Positions 14,396 through 26,219 of a stretch of DNA of 64,000 nucleotides are shown here, one piece after another. The DNA is from Felis catus. Taxonomy: Eukaryota. The first letter of the stretch is position 1. The number at the start of each line of letters is the position of its first letter. Made by a program: the position numbers and the translations under genes. Below the pieces are notes generated by a model. That model did no database searches and was not told the DNA's origin. It was given only the letters and a program-made list of their open reading frames with translations. The stretch lies in the NCBI RefSeq assembly GCF_018350175.1, contig NC_058376.1, positions 115,258,001 through 115,322,000 on the forward strand, read 5' to 3'.

Positions 14396-16934
14396 TTGCT
14401 ATTTCAACTTCTATTTCGTTTCTCCATTTCTTACTATATTCTCTACTTTCCCCCTTGCCATTACTGTTTTAGACTAAAAAAACAGTATTAATAGTTCCCC
14501 AGTTACTAAGAATAAAGCATCAATTTCAAGCCATTTTATTGTGTATAATAGGATACTCTACTCAAATGAGGTTAGACAAATGGTTTCTCTCTAATATATC
14601 TCTTCTAAACTATAGGGATCTGAAAAATATATTTTCCATAGCTTTAGCTGAAAACAAACAAACAACAAACAGGCAAGAAAGTGATGTGTGGAGCATTCAG
14701 TAATAGAATACAAAGATGAATTGTATGTGGTTCATAGTATCAAAGGAGGTATACTCCCATAAGGAAGGGAAAGTTGTAGATATTATGGAAGTGGCTGAAA
14801 TCAAACAGTGTGACCCCAGCATACGTTCTACCTGCTCTGAAAGGTAGGACAGAAGGGGGCTTATTTTTAAATGGCTTTCCACCCCAGTGGCACTAAGATG
14901 TTTGGAGAGACTCATAGCCAAATATATACTCAGTTTGACCAACATCTCTCTAGGGCAAAGACCATTTTTATACTTTCATGTGTTCGTAAGGATCTAACAT
15001 CACTCAGATCCATAGTATTCCCTCTGTAAGTATCTTCTACATATAATTCTTTATTTCCCAAGTTGGATAAGAGGAGCTTTGATTAATATTAATTGGTAAA
15101 TAGCTAAAGACATCTTAGAGAGCAAATTAGCAATCATAAACTCTCTTTAATAGTACACAAACATGTATTTGACTCCAACATTCTTACTCTGAAGTTAACC
15201 AAAGTATTAAATCCACTGATCTAAATAAGTTTTAACATAATTTGGTGAAGAATAAAACAGCTTATATGTGCATAAAAGGAACAAGAATTCACATAAAGTT
15301 TCACCCAACTGAAGGATTATTAATCTATAATTTTAAATTTTAAGGACATTTAGTCCTAGGACTTTGAATATGAAGGCTCAATGTGATTAGGAAAAACAAA
15401 GCATACCCATTTCTTCATCCATTTTCTAAACTACTAAATGTTAGAAAAATAATTAAATGTGATACTAGCAACACAATTTAAAATATTCTTAGATCTATGA
15501 AGGAAACTCTAATAATCATTTGCAAATTCTAGACATTTATTTCCACTTAAGACATTTGAATGATGCACCTATTTAGGAACCAGACAAATAAAATCTCTTT
15601 TAAACTGAGTTACAAGAATAACGTAAAATATAGCAGTCACACAATATTTACAGCATGTAGTGAATTCTATGTTAGTAAAATATTTGGAAGATGATTTTGT
15701 TTTTAATACTCAATGGAATCTTCTTCCCTTGTGACCATATGCTATGAAGAGAAGGAATCAAAAATCAACAAAACTTTTAATGTTAATACAACTACTAATA
15801 TCAAGATTCACTTATTTCCGTTTCTATCACTGTTCTAGATATAAACTTTTGTTTTCTATTTCCACTTGTCAAATATCATTAAAATTATCACTGACTAATA
15901 AAACATTTGGCAAATTTATAGCTTTTTTTTTCTTTTTTTGCTGTCATTTATTTTGGATGTGTTTTAGAGCTTTAAGAGGATAATGGTGGTCATTTGCCAG
16001 TTCAGTTAAATAGTACCTTAAATCCCTAACGGACTACTTGATTTAAGATGGTTTTCTATATTAAGCTATCAAAAAGTTGAATTTTGGTAGCTAAAATTCA
16101 TATAATGAATAAAATATAAAATAATAGCTAAATTTAGGCTAGAAATGGAACAAAACTTACTTTTACTTATGGGAACTATGGCATACTATTTTAATAAGTA
16201 CCTACATGACAAGATACACAAACCATGTAATCCAATGACTTTAGGCAGTTTTGTAAGGGAACCCTTAGACATATTTTGAAGAAAAATAATAGCACTTTCC
16301 AGTGGTAATGAATTTAATAGGTGATTTACCCGGTTTACTAGATAACCTGGGAGAAGAGCATTCCTAACCTGGCCTTGACTGCTTTGTCATAGTTTGCTGG
16401 TCTGGCTCTATATTTGTTTATTGCCACCGTGTGTCTTCAGGACAGCTTTCTAACCCTCACAACACTTGGATTTACTTCCAACAGCTAAATAAAATTCTTA
16501 ATTTGCCAGCTTACTTGGGAGACTCTCTGGCATAGCCCAGTCATGACTGAGTAAGGCAAAGCACTAGGTAAACTAATGAGTGTGGGGCCAGAGGCTGGGA
16601 GCCTGCATCAGGCAGCCAAAACATGCAAGTGTTATGGGACTGGTCTAGGTCCCTGTAACAAATTTGAAAACAAAACATAGCAAGTCCGTTATCTGTTTGA
16701 AAAGGACATGGAGATATTCACCATATAATTAAACTCTTAGTTTTAAATGCCTCTCAGCTAAGTATTTTACCTGGGCTTTTGTTAAGTAGCAGATTAAATT
16801 TTCTTTCATTTATTTTCCCTCTCGAATTGGGCAAATAATTAGTGATAGTACCAACAACAGTAATAAGCAGCAGCAACAGACCAAAAAATGCACACACACA
16901 CCCCCACACCCACACACTTCTTACCTCAAACTAG

Positions 16935-16935
<1 letters not shown>

Positions 16936-16977
<42 letters not shown>
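16936..16977. repeat. (CA)n microsatellite
   Basis: About 21 perfect CA units. Confidence 0.95.
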
Positions 16978-16979
<2 letters not shown>

Positions 16980-19070
16980 CAAGAAACCTGAACAATCCAT
17001 AAATTTGCTTTTTTTTTTTTTAACACAACCAGGGTTAGAGAATGACAGTAAAGATTTAAGCTCAGAACTCTTGAGATGGGGAGCGTTGGCAAAGCGATGT
17101 AGTGACTGAAAGACATTTTATAAATCTCAAGGAAGGTAATTCTTTCTTTGGCATCAGTGGAACCAGTAGAAGAACACTAGGTTTCTTCTGAGTTGGATGA
17201 TGGAGCAAGTGACTCAGTTTAAGATCAAAGAAGAGCCGAACCAGGAATCGAGGCTTCGGGATGGCCACAAAGAACAATGAAGTCAGGAAAAAAAGGGAGA
17301 GACAGAGTAGATGACAGACTCGACACTCATCAATGTGAAACTTTAGCAAATGCTGAGACCTGGCAACTTAGGGTACACTCCCTGAGCTTTACACCACGTT
17401 ATGGGAACTGCCAGCCATTATCAGGAGGGATGGACTTTCGGAGCCAGCGCTGGAAACCTAATAGTTTTCCAGAATAGGTAATATACCAGGAGAGTTATTT
17501 AGAGAGTTTTAAGGGTCCTAAGCATGGGCAAAAGGGTAATTATTTTAGACTACTATTTTTTAAGCAAATAAATAGGAAACAAAAGGAATCAAGGAATTTT
17601 ATCACTGGTGGGAACCTTATGGTCAGGGACCTGAGGTTCAGGGTTGTGAAATAACTCTCCTGAAAGCAAGCAGCCAGTTAAGTGGGTCTCTCCATTCGAC
17701 GGCTTCCTGTGCTTCCCTGCCCCTGCACTGTCTGTCAGGAGGGTGGCAGAATCCACCACAGCCTGAGACAGATGACCTAGGTGGGGCCTTTAGAGCTAGG
17801 GAAACACTACAGGAGGTGGGGGAGCAGGCAGTTTCTTCGAGAAGACTTACAAAAGGGTTATAGCTAATGCTAAAGGAAATAAACACCCGGGGACCCAGGA
17901 CACTCAGATGGTGTCTATCAAGAGAATCATGTTGGGGATGAGGTACCTAATAGGAGAAACAAGTTGCTCAACAAAGTTATAAAACAGAACAGTGTGTGCC
18001 AGATTTCTTGCATCCTTCACTGTTACTTTCTCTTCTCTGAATGACACTAGACATAAATATAGCCAACTCCCAAATTTGATCCCAGGGGAAAATGAGCACC
18101 CAAACTTTTACTGAGAAGAGGAGGCTTGGAGGGCTCCAGTAGTGGGATTCTGATACACCGCCAGAAAACAAAGATTAGGTAAAGAAGCCCTAGATGGATA
18201 CAATAACGGGGTTTCTACTGGGTGCCCAAAGACGATGGGGCAGGAGACACTTTGGGAAAGACTTGCTGAGGTCTTGGGGAGAAGTAGCAGGCTGGCACTG
18301 TAGAGAGACTGGGCTGCACAGTTAAGAGAATTGGAGAATGGGGTGCTAGATAGGTGGTGTGGAGGGAAGGGGCCAACCAGAAGCTTCTCTTAAAATCGCG
18401 CCTCAGTTACAAACGTGGACTGACCAGGGCTATGGAGATTGGGGTGTCGAGACACCCCAGCTTCTCCCCCTCACCAATCTGATGAATCAGAGGGCACCTG
18501 GGGACACCTGAAGGTGGGACAGTTTGTCCCTGGTGGGGGCGGCGCACAGTACCAAGGACACACAGGGTTTGTGGGGAGGGGTGAGGGGAAGAAGAGCCAT
18601 GCTGGGCGTTTCCTGGGAAGCAGAGGGGGAGGGTGGGGACACTCTTAACTTCACCTTTGGAGTAGCGTAACTTTTAAATGGACGCCCCGCGGGGTTTTAC
18701 CGGCTTCTTGCCCCGGACACGGTTAAAGGACAAGAGTTAGCTAAAAGCCTTGGAAAGAAAGTTTATTTGGTTGGATCCCATTTTTGCAGATTTCTGGCTT
18801 GTACTCGAAAGAGTCTGGTCAAATCAGAGTGACCTTTTGGGGGCACGCAGCGAGCAATCTCAAATTGTTCCCTGCAACCCAGGCGCCCCTCACCTGATTT
18901 GGGGAAAGGCAGCCTTTTCCCGGTGGGCGCCGACCGGAACTGAGCTCTCTCTCTCCTTCGTCCCCGGGAGCCCACCAGCACAGCACCCGCGGTGAGGACA
19001 CCTTGACAGGAAACTGACCAGCCCCGCCCCGCGGCCCCCGAATCTGCCTGGGCAGTCCTGGTCGACTTAC

Positions 19071-19280
19071 CCGCGCCCGGGGCCCTGAGCTCACGTCGGA
19101 CAGCGAGTTGGCAGCGCTGGTGCGGGGCTTCCGCCCGCGTCTTCCGCGTCCCGGCGGTGCGCCCTCACTCCCGGGGTTCGCTCGGGCTGCTCCCCATCAG
19201 TCGCCGTCCCAGCCCGAAACAGATGCTCGCTGTGCCTGCCACCACTGCCTGGGGCCCTGGGCTGATGAGCGCGCTGGAAA
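19071..19280 (-). other. Non-coding first exon of an unidentified minus-strand gene
   Basis: Starts about 30 nt after the TATA box and ends at consensus donor CGG|GTAAGT (plus acttac 19065-19070). The only ATG opens a 10-codon uORF. Confidence 0.7.
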
Positions 19281-19302
19281 CGTCCGCGACGCGGCAGCTC
19301 TG

Positions 19303-19310
19303 AATTTATA
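19303..19310 (-). promoter_or_regulatory. TATA box (TATAAATT)
   Basis: Plus-strand aatttata reads TATAAATT on the minus strand, isolated in GC-rich DNA and downstream of GC boxes. Implies a TSS near 19280. Confidence 0.75.
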
Positions 19311-19789
19311 GCGAGGGGCGTTGCTGCTCGGTAGGTTCCAGGGATGAGGCACTGTTTTGCATTCTCTCCTCCTCCGCCCCGCCCCTGGAGACCCTCTTGG
19401 CCCAACCCCCTCCCTCTCCAGATGCTGACGGAAGCGGGAGGATGCCACAGTCATCGCCAGTGTCACCTACCAGATCCCTGCGCACGAGGCGAGGCTCGGA
19501 GCCCTGCGTTGGGGAGGGTCGCTAAATGGAAGAGAACTGGGGGTACAGGAGAAACAGTTCATACCCGGGATAAATGTTTCCCTACTCTCTCTCTCTCTCT
19601 CTTTTTTTAACTTGGAAAACTTTTTAAGGACGAATTCGGGAACTTCTTTTTCCTGTGACTAACTCAAACTTTGACAATAGGGTTGTGGATCATAAATGCC
19701 ATAGATTAATTTCAGGTTTACAGAGTGAAAGGGTGGACATTTATATCCTCCCATTGGGCATGCTATCAGAGTTGCATGTTTAAAACTGT

Positions 19790-21135
19790 AATAATAGAAA
19801 AACTTGAAGAACAAAATATGACCAAATATTTAAGGAAGAATTAGTATAATTTCTTCACAAGCTATTCCAAAAAACAAGAGGATCATTTCCCAACTCATGC
19901 TATGAGGCCAGTATTGCCCTGATCCTAAAACCAGATAAGACATCATGAAAAAAAGAAAACTCAAACAAATTATCTCTTATGAATGTAGATACAAATCCTC
20001 AATAAAATCAACAAATCAAATCTAGTAACATATAAAAATACCCATGATCAGGTGAGATTTACCCCAGGACTGCAAGATGAGTTTACTGAAAATCAATTGA
20101 GGGACTGCATCATATCAATGGAATAAAGGACAAAAACCACGGGATCATCTTAATAAATTAGAAGAAGCATTTGACAAAACTCATCACCCTTTCATGATAA
20201 AAATACTCAACAAACTAGGACTGGAAAGGAACTTTCTCAGTCTGTAAAGTCCACCTGTGAAAAACTAACATGATACTTAGTGGTGAAAACTGAATGTTTT
20301 TGTATCTAAGATCAAGAACAAGACAAGGATGTTGGTTCTCCTCACTTCTATTCAACATTGTGCTAGAGGTTCTAGCCAGGGCAATTGGGCAAGAAAAATA
20401 AATAAAAGCCATCTATGTGAGAGTGGAAGTAAAAGTATTTTTATGTGCAAATGACATGATATTATATTTAGAAAATCCTAAGGAATCAGTGAAAAAAAAA
20501 AACTAGTAGAGCTAATAAATAAGTTCAGCAAGGCTTCCAGATATAAGATCAATATACAAAATCAGTTGTGTTTCTGTGCACCAACAATGAACAATCCAAA
20601 AGTGAAATTAAGAAAAATTGCATTTACCACAGATCAGAAAAAATAAAATACTTAGGAATAATTTAACAAAAAAGGTAGAAAACTTATATTCTAAAGACCG
20701 TAAGACATTGAAAAAAATTAAATTAGACCTAAACAAATGGAGTGACATTCTATGTTCATGAATTGGAAGATTTCATATTGTTAAAATGGTAATACTCTCT
20801 AATAATATACAGATTAAACAGAATTTGTATAAAAATCCCAACAATCTGTTTTTGAAGAAATTAACAAGATGATCCTAAAATTCGCATGGAAGTGCAAGGG
20901 ACCCAGAATCGCCAAAACAATCCTGAAGAAGAAGAGCAAATTTGGAGGACTCATTTTCCTGATTTCCAAATCTACTATGAAGCTGTAATAATGAAAACAG
21001 TGTTTTACTGACATAAAGATTGTTATACAGATCAATAGAATAAGAATTGAGTCCAGTAATTCTAGGATATTAATGGTCAATTTTTGACAAAGGTACCAAG
21101 ACAATTCAATGGGGAATGAATAGTCTTTTCAACAG
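19790..21135 (+). mobile_element. Old L1 ORF2 fragment (RT region)
   Basis: Translates EEAFDKTHHPFMIKILNKLG and LCANDM (L1 FADD motif), with many stops. Confidence 0.9.
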
Positions 21136-22739
21136 TGTGAAGACCAGTGCCAGTCTGTGAGTGAAATTTGGAAATGCTCCTGTAATTATTGTGTTGAGAT
21201 TCAGAACTGCTTTATATCTTTATATCTAAATTTAGTGCTATAAATAATTAACCATAGTCAGATCTGTACTAAATTCCAGCTTAGTTTTAGAAATGATGAT
21301 ATTTTTGAGGACCAGAAGTCTCTTAGAGAGTCAGCTGTTTTGGGTGCAACCTCTTCAAAGGGTGGGCTTTGCTCTTAGGAATATTATATTATCGGAAACA
21401 AGCAGATGAGAAGGAAAAGTTCCCAAGAAATTAATGGCATCGTTATTACTGTGATGAATCAGCTGAGTAATGGTATGGTTTAAGCATTGGCTTTTCTGGA
21501 TATAATAACACATTAATACTATTCAAAAAGATGGACATTAGAGTTGACTAGAGACAAGGATTTGAAGCCCAGCTGCAAATATATACATGCATGCATATGC
21601 ATAGAAAAAGATGAATGTACTTTCAGTAAAATGCATGCAGTGGTTGTTCTGAAGTTAGTACTTATGGAAAATTTTAGATTATATTTGCTTTTTATGCTTG
21701 TGTTTATTACCCAAATTTTTTATAACAATTATACCAGTATATCAGGTAAACTAGAAGGCAGGGAGCTTAGCATAGGAACTATTTGGAGAGCAAGGAATGT
21801 CTATGTGGACACGTTTTGCTCCCACTAAACTTGAAGGTCTGATGGCTGCAACCACATAAGTATGCCTATACCTGAACTTTAGGGTATTCCTGTAGTTTAG
21901 AATATGCAATTGGTTCTCTCACTTATGACAATTCAGTACTTAGCATTTATATAAGGAGGAAGTGTTATAAACATATGTAAATATTCACAGTGTTCAGGTT
22001 TGTTTCCAAATAGAGGTCCATCCTTGTGACTGTAGTCTATTCTAAGAGAATAGAGCCAGGCTTTTGAGATGGATACCATGGCAGACATTAACCTAGTCTG
22101 CTATTGCATGTGCTTCAGCTTATTGTCTCAGAGAGAATATTGGGTAAGACTGATGACATTATATACTCTTATCCTATGTGTACTTTCAAATGAATTCATA
22201 GTATATATCTGCTGGTGATTGTAAATTGGAACTCATACATATGGCCACTTACATTACTCAAAATGGAAAAAAAAGAACATTTTCTGTATTTCTCTTGTTC
22301 TAAAATTTAATATATCATTAAGCCTCATCAACTTTAAACTTACCGAAGGAACTTCATTCCAATTTTTCTCTCTCCACTTTTTAAAATTTTTACCTCTATG
22401 CCTAGATTCTCTCAGATGCCTTTCACATCTCTTCAGGTTTTTTATTTCCATCATTTTGCCCATGATGATCCATTTCTAGACTACCTTCCAATCTTTGCCA
22501 CTTGAAAACTTGCCTATCCTCAAAGACTCAGATCACATGCCAGTTTTTAATTTTCCCACTCACATCTGCCAGAAGTTACCACTTTCTCCTTTGAACTTTG
22601 TGTGACTGTTTCTGAAAATATAAAGTAGCATGAATTTATGGAAAGAGATGTTCACTAGATGTTTAGAGACCTGGAGTCCATTTTCTATTCTCTTAAGAGG
22701 TATCAGTGAAGGTTGGCCAAACCAATGGATATCTAGATC

Positions 22740-22950
22740 TTTCCTTAGATTTAGTTTTTCTGATATCCAGTTTACAAGTTATGTGAACTTGGGCAACATA
22801 TTTAACCTTTTTATGCTTCAGTTTAATTATTAGTAAAATGTGAGTACCAATAGACCTAATTCATTGTGAATGAGGATCAAATGAATTAATACATGTAAAG
22901 TAAATAGAACAATGCCCGTTCTATATTAGTGCTTAAAAAAATGTTAGCTT
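22740..22950 (+). mobile_element. MIR SINE
   Basis: tgtgaacttgggcaac...gcttcagttt...atgaattaatacatgtaaag. Confidence 0.7.
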
Positions 22951-23287
22951 TAAAAGAGAATAACCCCAATAATTCTAAACAGGTGTGTTGTCCAATTATC
23001 CAAATATAGTCCCTACTCTAAGAAATATTTTTGATAAGATAGGGATCTTACTCAATGTACTTTATCAAAATTGATACCCCTGCTTTTTGAATAGTTTTAT
23101 AGGAATATAGAGAAAGAGAAGACTATGACAACAAAAGAACATTGTTGAGTATTTTTTTTTTTTCATTGTTGAATATTCTTGATTGGGGCACGTAGATAGC
23201 CTCATTAAGTATAACTAAGTTTTACAATGCTATGTATTATAATGAGGATCTATGTCTCAGGAAGTTTATTTAAATTGTCCATATGGT

Positions 23288-23529
23288 GTTTTCACTCTTA
23301 TGTGGATCCTGAGAAACTTAACAGAAACCCATGGGGGAGGGGAAGGAAAAAAAAAAAAGACGTTAGAGTAGGAGAGAGCCAAAGCATACGAGACTCTTCG
23401 AACTGAGGGTTGATGGGGGGTGGGAGGGCGGGGAGGGTGGGTGATGGGTATTGAAGAGGGCATCTTTTGGGGTGAGCGCTGGGTGTTGTATGGAAACCAA
23501 CTTGACAGTAAATTTCATATATTGAAAAA
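23288..23529 (+). mobile_element. Very short young L1 3' end (L1_Fc type)
   Basis: Reverse-complement match to the 3' end of the 8.1-8.7 kb L1; perfect 16-bp TSD aaattgtccatatggt at 23272-23287 and 23530-23545. Confidence 0.95.
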
Positions 23530-23644
23530 AAATTGTCCATATGGTATACTGTAAGGAACTAATATGTAGAGTGAGTAAACAACTGTTTTACCCCTCTTAT
23601 TTTCTATGTTTTACTTATGTAACTTCTTAAAAAAACAAATTATA

Positions 23645-23853
23645 GGGGCGCCTGGGTGGCGCAGTCGGTTAAGCGTCCGACTTCAGCCAGGTCACGATCT
23701 CGCGCTCCGTGAGTTTGAGCCCTGCGTCGGGCTCTGGGCTGACGGCTCAGAGCCTGGAGCCTGCTTCGGATTCTGTGTCTCCCTCTCTCTCTGCCCCTCG
23801 CCCATTCATGCTCTGTCTCTCTGTACCAAAAATAAATAAACGAAAAAAAAAAA
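23645..23853 (+). mobile_element. Young Can-SINE (SINEC_Fc)
   Basis: ggggcgcctgggtggcgcagtcggttaagcgtccgact, CpGs retained, poly-A tail, TSD caaattata. Confidence 0.95.
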
Positions 23854-24697
23854 GAACCAAATTATAAACATCACATCTCATTAACTAGACAACTATTCTA
23901 CTATTTCTTATCACCTTCATTTATAAAGAGAGAATGGACATTTTCAAGGTTCTGTAACTCACTAGAATATAAGGATATTCCAGTAATTGTTATTCTGTAA
24001 GCTGGCGAGTGTGATATAATCTGTAGAGGCTTGGAACAATCTAAAAGAGTAAAATATTTTATTCTAAGTTATATTTGGCTTCATGAGTAAGACATTTAGC
24101 AATTATTTAAATATTCACAAGGAATGAGGGAACAACTCATAGGAATAAAACTATTCTTTAGAGATAAACTCAGGTGTAGTAAATGAAGATGGATCAATTT
24201 AGTACTGAATTAATTTCACTTTCTAAAAAAAAAAAGACAAGGTTAGTAAACTCACCAATAAAAGTGTTGATAGATGATAGGAAAGAATGAAAAAATACTA
24301 CGCAAAGTTCCCAACAAGAGAGTTGTAATATGTGTTTTAAATCTATGAACATCATTATTAATAATCATCGAAAAATACATCATGCTCGGAATAAATGAAC
24401 TGACATACATAAGAATTATATCAATTTATTAAATATTTAATTGAAAAGAAGGAAGTTTTATATAATTGCTAAAAAGATGGAGGTGCTGAGAAATGAAGCA
24501 TCTGGGAAGAACAAGGTAAGTGTTCAGGGTGGCAAACAGGCTATATTTTGACCCATATAAAGAATTCAACAGACTTTCAGATTAAAAACTATAGAAAAAT
24601 GAATGACATTTGTAGAATTGTGTTTGAATTTAACTGGTTGAGGACAGATAAGGAGATTAGGCTATCTCAATTTTATTTAAATTCTCATTGTCTTCAG

Positions 24698-24775
24698 AAT
24701 AGTATAATCTAAATATTTCCCACCATATTTCTTATTTTGGTTCAATTTTGGTGGTTGGCCCCTTATTTACTGTCA
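24698..24775 (+). pseudogene. SLC9C relic: TM2 fragment
   Basis: After acceptor ttgtcttcag|, reads TIFLI[fs]GSILVVG versus recalled SLC9C TVVLLILGAILGVV. Confidence 0.5.
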
Positions 24776-25157
24776 GATTGTTCACTCACACAATCCTGCT
24801 GGCTGTCCTTTACTCACCACAGAGGTCATGATATCAGGCTGCCCGCTTGGCTGCTGCTTCTTTGGCATCCAGCCACCGTGACAGCACCCATGTTGGCCCA
24901 GGATATGCTCCCACCCTGCTGATTGAGCTGCAGGATTCCTGGTCCAAGCAGAAGGCTCCTCCCTGACCAGTGAAGGGCATGTCTTTGACAAGGGAGATGC
25001 TTATAGCTGATCTGAGCTCCACTGGGTTAGAGACAATTCCTAATGTATGAAGCTTCCTCTGGCCCATTTAGAATTTTTAACTTGACCATGCAGTCCAAAA
25101 ATACTTCCCTATACATAAGCCAGTTATCCTTAAAAGAGTAAAACTTGACGCACTCAC

Positions 25158-25243
25158 CTGCCACCCCTGTGTTGCTAACAGCTGTCATTTGTCAGGATTT
25201 CATCTATACTAGGTTTCATGCTGGAGGCATTCACAAAGACAGC
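25158..25243 (-). other. Candidate non-coding exon, 86 nt, antisense to the SLC9C relic
   Basis: Acceptor actttttatatag| and donor CAG|GTGAGT; stops in all frames. Confidence 0.3.
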
Positions 25244-25478
25244 CTATATAAAAAGTCCACATTTGGAGGGCTTGAAAACCACTTGTTAGCAAAGTTTGAG
25301 CAATTGTTTGTTGGGAGATGGAGTAAGAGTACTGAAGTAATACCATCAGCACTCATACGTACCACTTGGAGTCCAGTGGTAGAAATGTGGTTGGTGGAAG
25401 GTATCTTCTGGCTAGCAGGTTTTTTGTTTTTTGTTTTTGTTTTTTTTTTTTTTTTAAATTAAGTCCTTTCTTTTCTAG

Positions 25479-25576
25479 TATATCAGCCAAAAGTTAATTT
25501 TTATATTCATCCTTGTAGGATTATTTTAAGACACTTTTTCAATGGCTATTGTATAATTTTAAAGGGACAAATTCAG
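25479..25576 (+). pseudogene. SLC9C relic: TM3 exon
   Basis: ttttctag|YISQKLIFIFILVGLF*DTFSMAI...cag|gt versus IFLPVLIFESAFAMDV. Single-base changes restore P (CTT from CCT), E (TAA from GAA) and D (GCT from GAT). Confidence 0.7.
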
Positions 25577-25660
25577 GTTCCTTTGGCTGACTCTGCTTGT
25601 ACTCACACTTTCTGTCTGGTTAATATTCCACAATCTTTCTACATGAACTCATGCTGCTAG

Positions 25661-25880
25661 TTGTTCATTAAATTGTTCTTGCCTAAGTACTTCTTGATCA
25701 ATTCTATTATTATTTGTTCTTATTCTTTCCTAGTATTGATGTTAACCTCTCAGTAATTTCCTGGATCTCCCCTTTGGCACAACTTAAAGATTAGAATAGT
25801 TATTATTATAATTATTTTCTTGAATCTTTCTGCAGCCCATCCATCATTTTCTTATTTTCTGCATTGTTTATGACTTGAAG
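25661..25880 (+). pseudogene. SLC9C relic: TM4-TM6 including the ion-binding helix
   Basis: LFLPKYFLINSIII (vs ISIPGFLVNYILV); LAQLKD* (vs VALLKDL, TAG from TTG); same frame ESFCSPSIIFLFSALFM in exact register with ESLLNDGCAIVIFNVFM. Confidence 0.65.
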
Positions 25881-26043
25881 ATATACAGGATGTAAATATA
25901 TTATTCATGTAAAACAAATATCTTACTGTGAGGATAATATTCTCAAATATTTCTTATCAAAGAGATGTATACTTTATTAAAATATACTTTGAACATACTA
26001 GAATAAGAAATAAAGTTAGCAGATAAAAATTAAGGATTAACAG

Positions 26044-26190
26044 CTAAAATATACTATTATAGGCAAATTATTTGGCTTTTTCTGAATGAACAAAATGTAA
26101 AATTCTTGAAATTAATTACTTAAAAATGTAAATAAAGTACTATTTTATTCATATCAATTATCCTTGAACAACATACGTTGTCTCTAAATA
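26044..26190 (+). pseudogene. SLC9C relic: TM7-TM8
   Basis: ttaacag|LKYTIIGKLFGFF* versus YIIASFLFGIL; later SL[fs]TTYVV versus TLAATYLT. Confidence 0.6.
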
Positions 26191-26219
26191 TTTTCTTACT
26201 ATTTGATTTTTTTTTTCAT

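Larger units (their letters stand above)
18660..19510 (-). promoter_or_regulatory. CpG-island promoter of a minus-strand gene
   Basis: Sharp rise in GC and CpG against an AT-rich background. Tandem GC boxes (ccgccccgcccc at about 19374-19385; gccccgcccc at 19021-19030), TGACGGAAG CRE-half/ETS-like site near 19426-19434, TATA box and a strong splice donor on the minus strand. Confidence 0.9.

Noticed and set aside
19071-19310. Naming the minus-strand gene
   Set aside because: No coding exon was found in the window, so a symbol would be a guess.
18439-19610. Many overlapping ORFs in the CpG island
   Set aside because: Expected from stop-codon scarcity in GC-rich DNA; they cross the TATA box and the splice donor.
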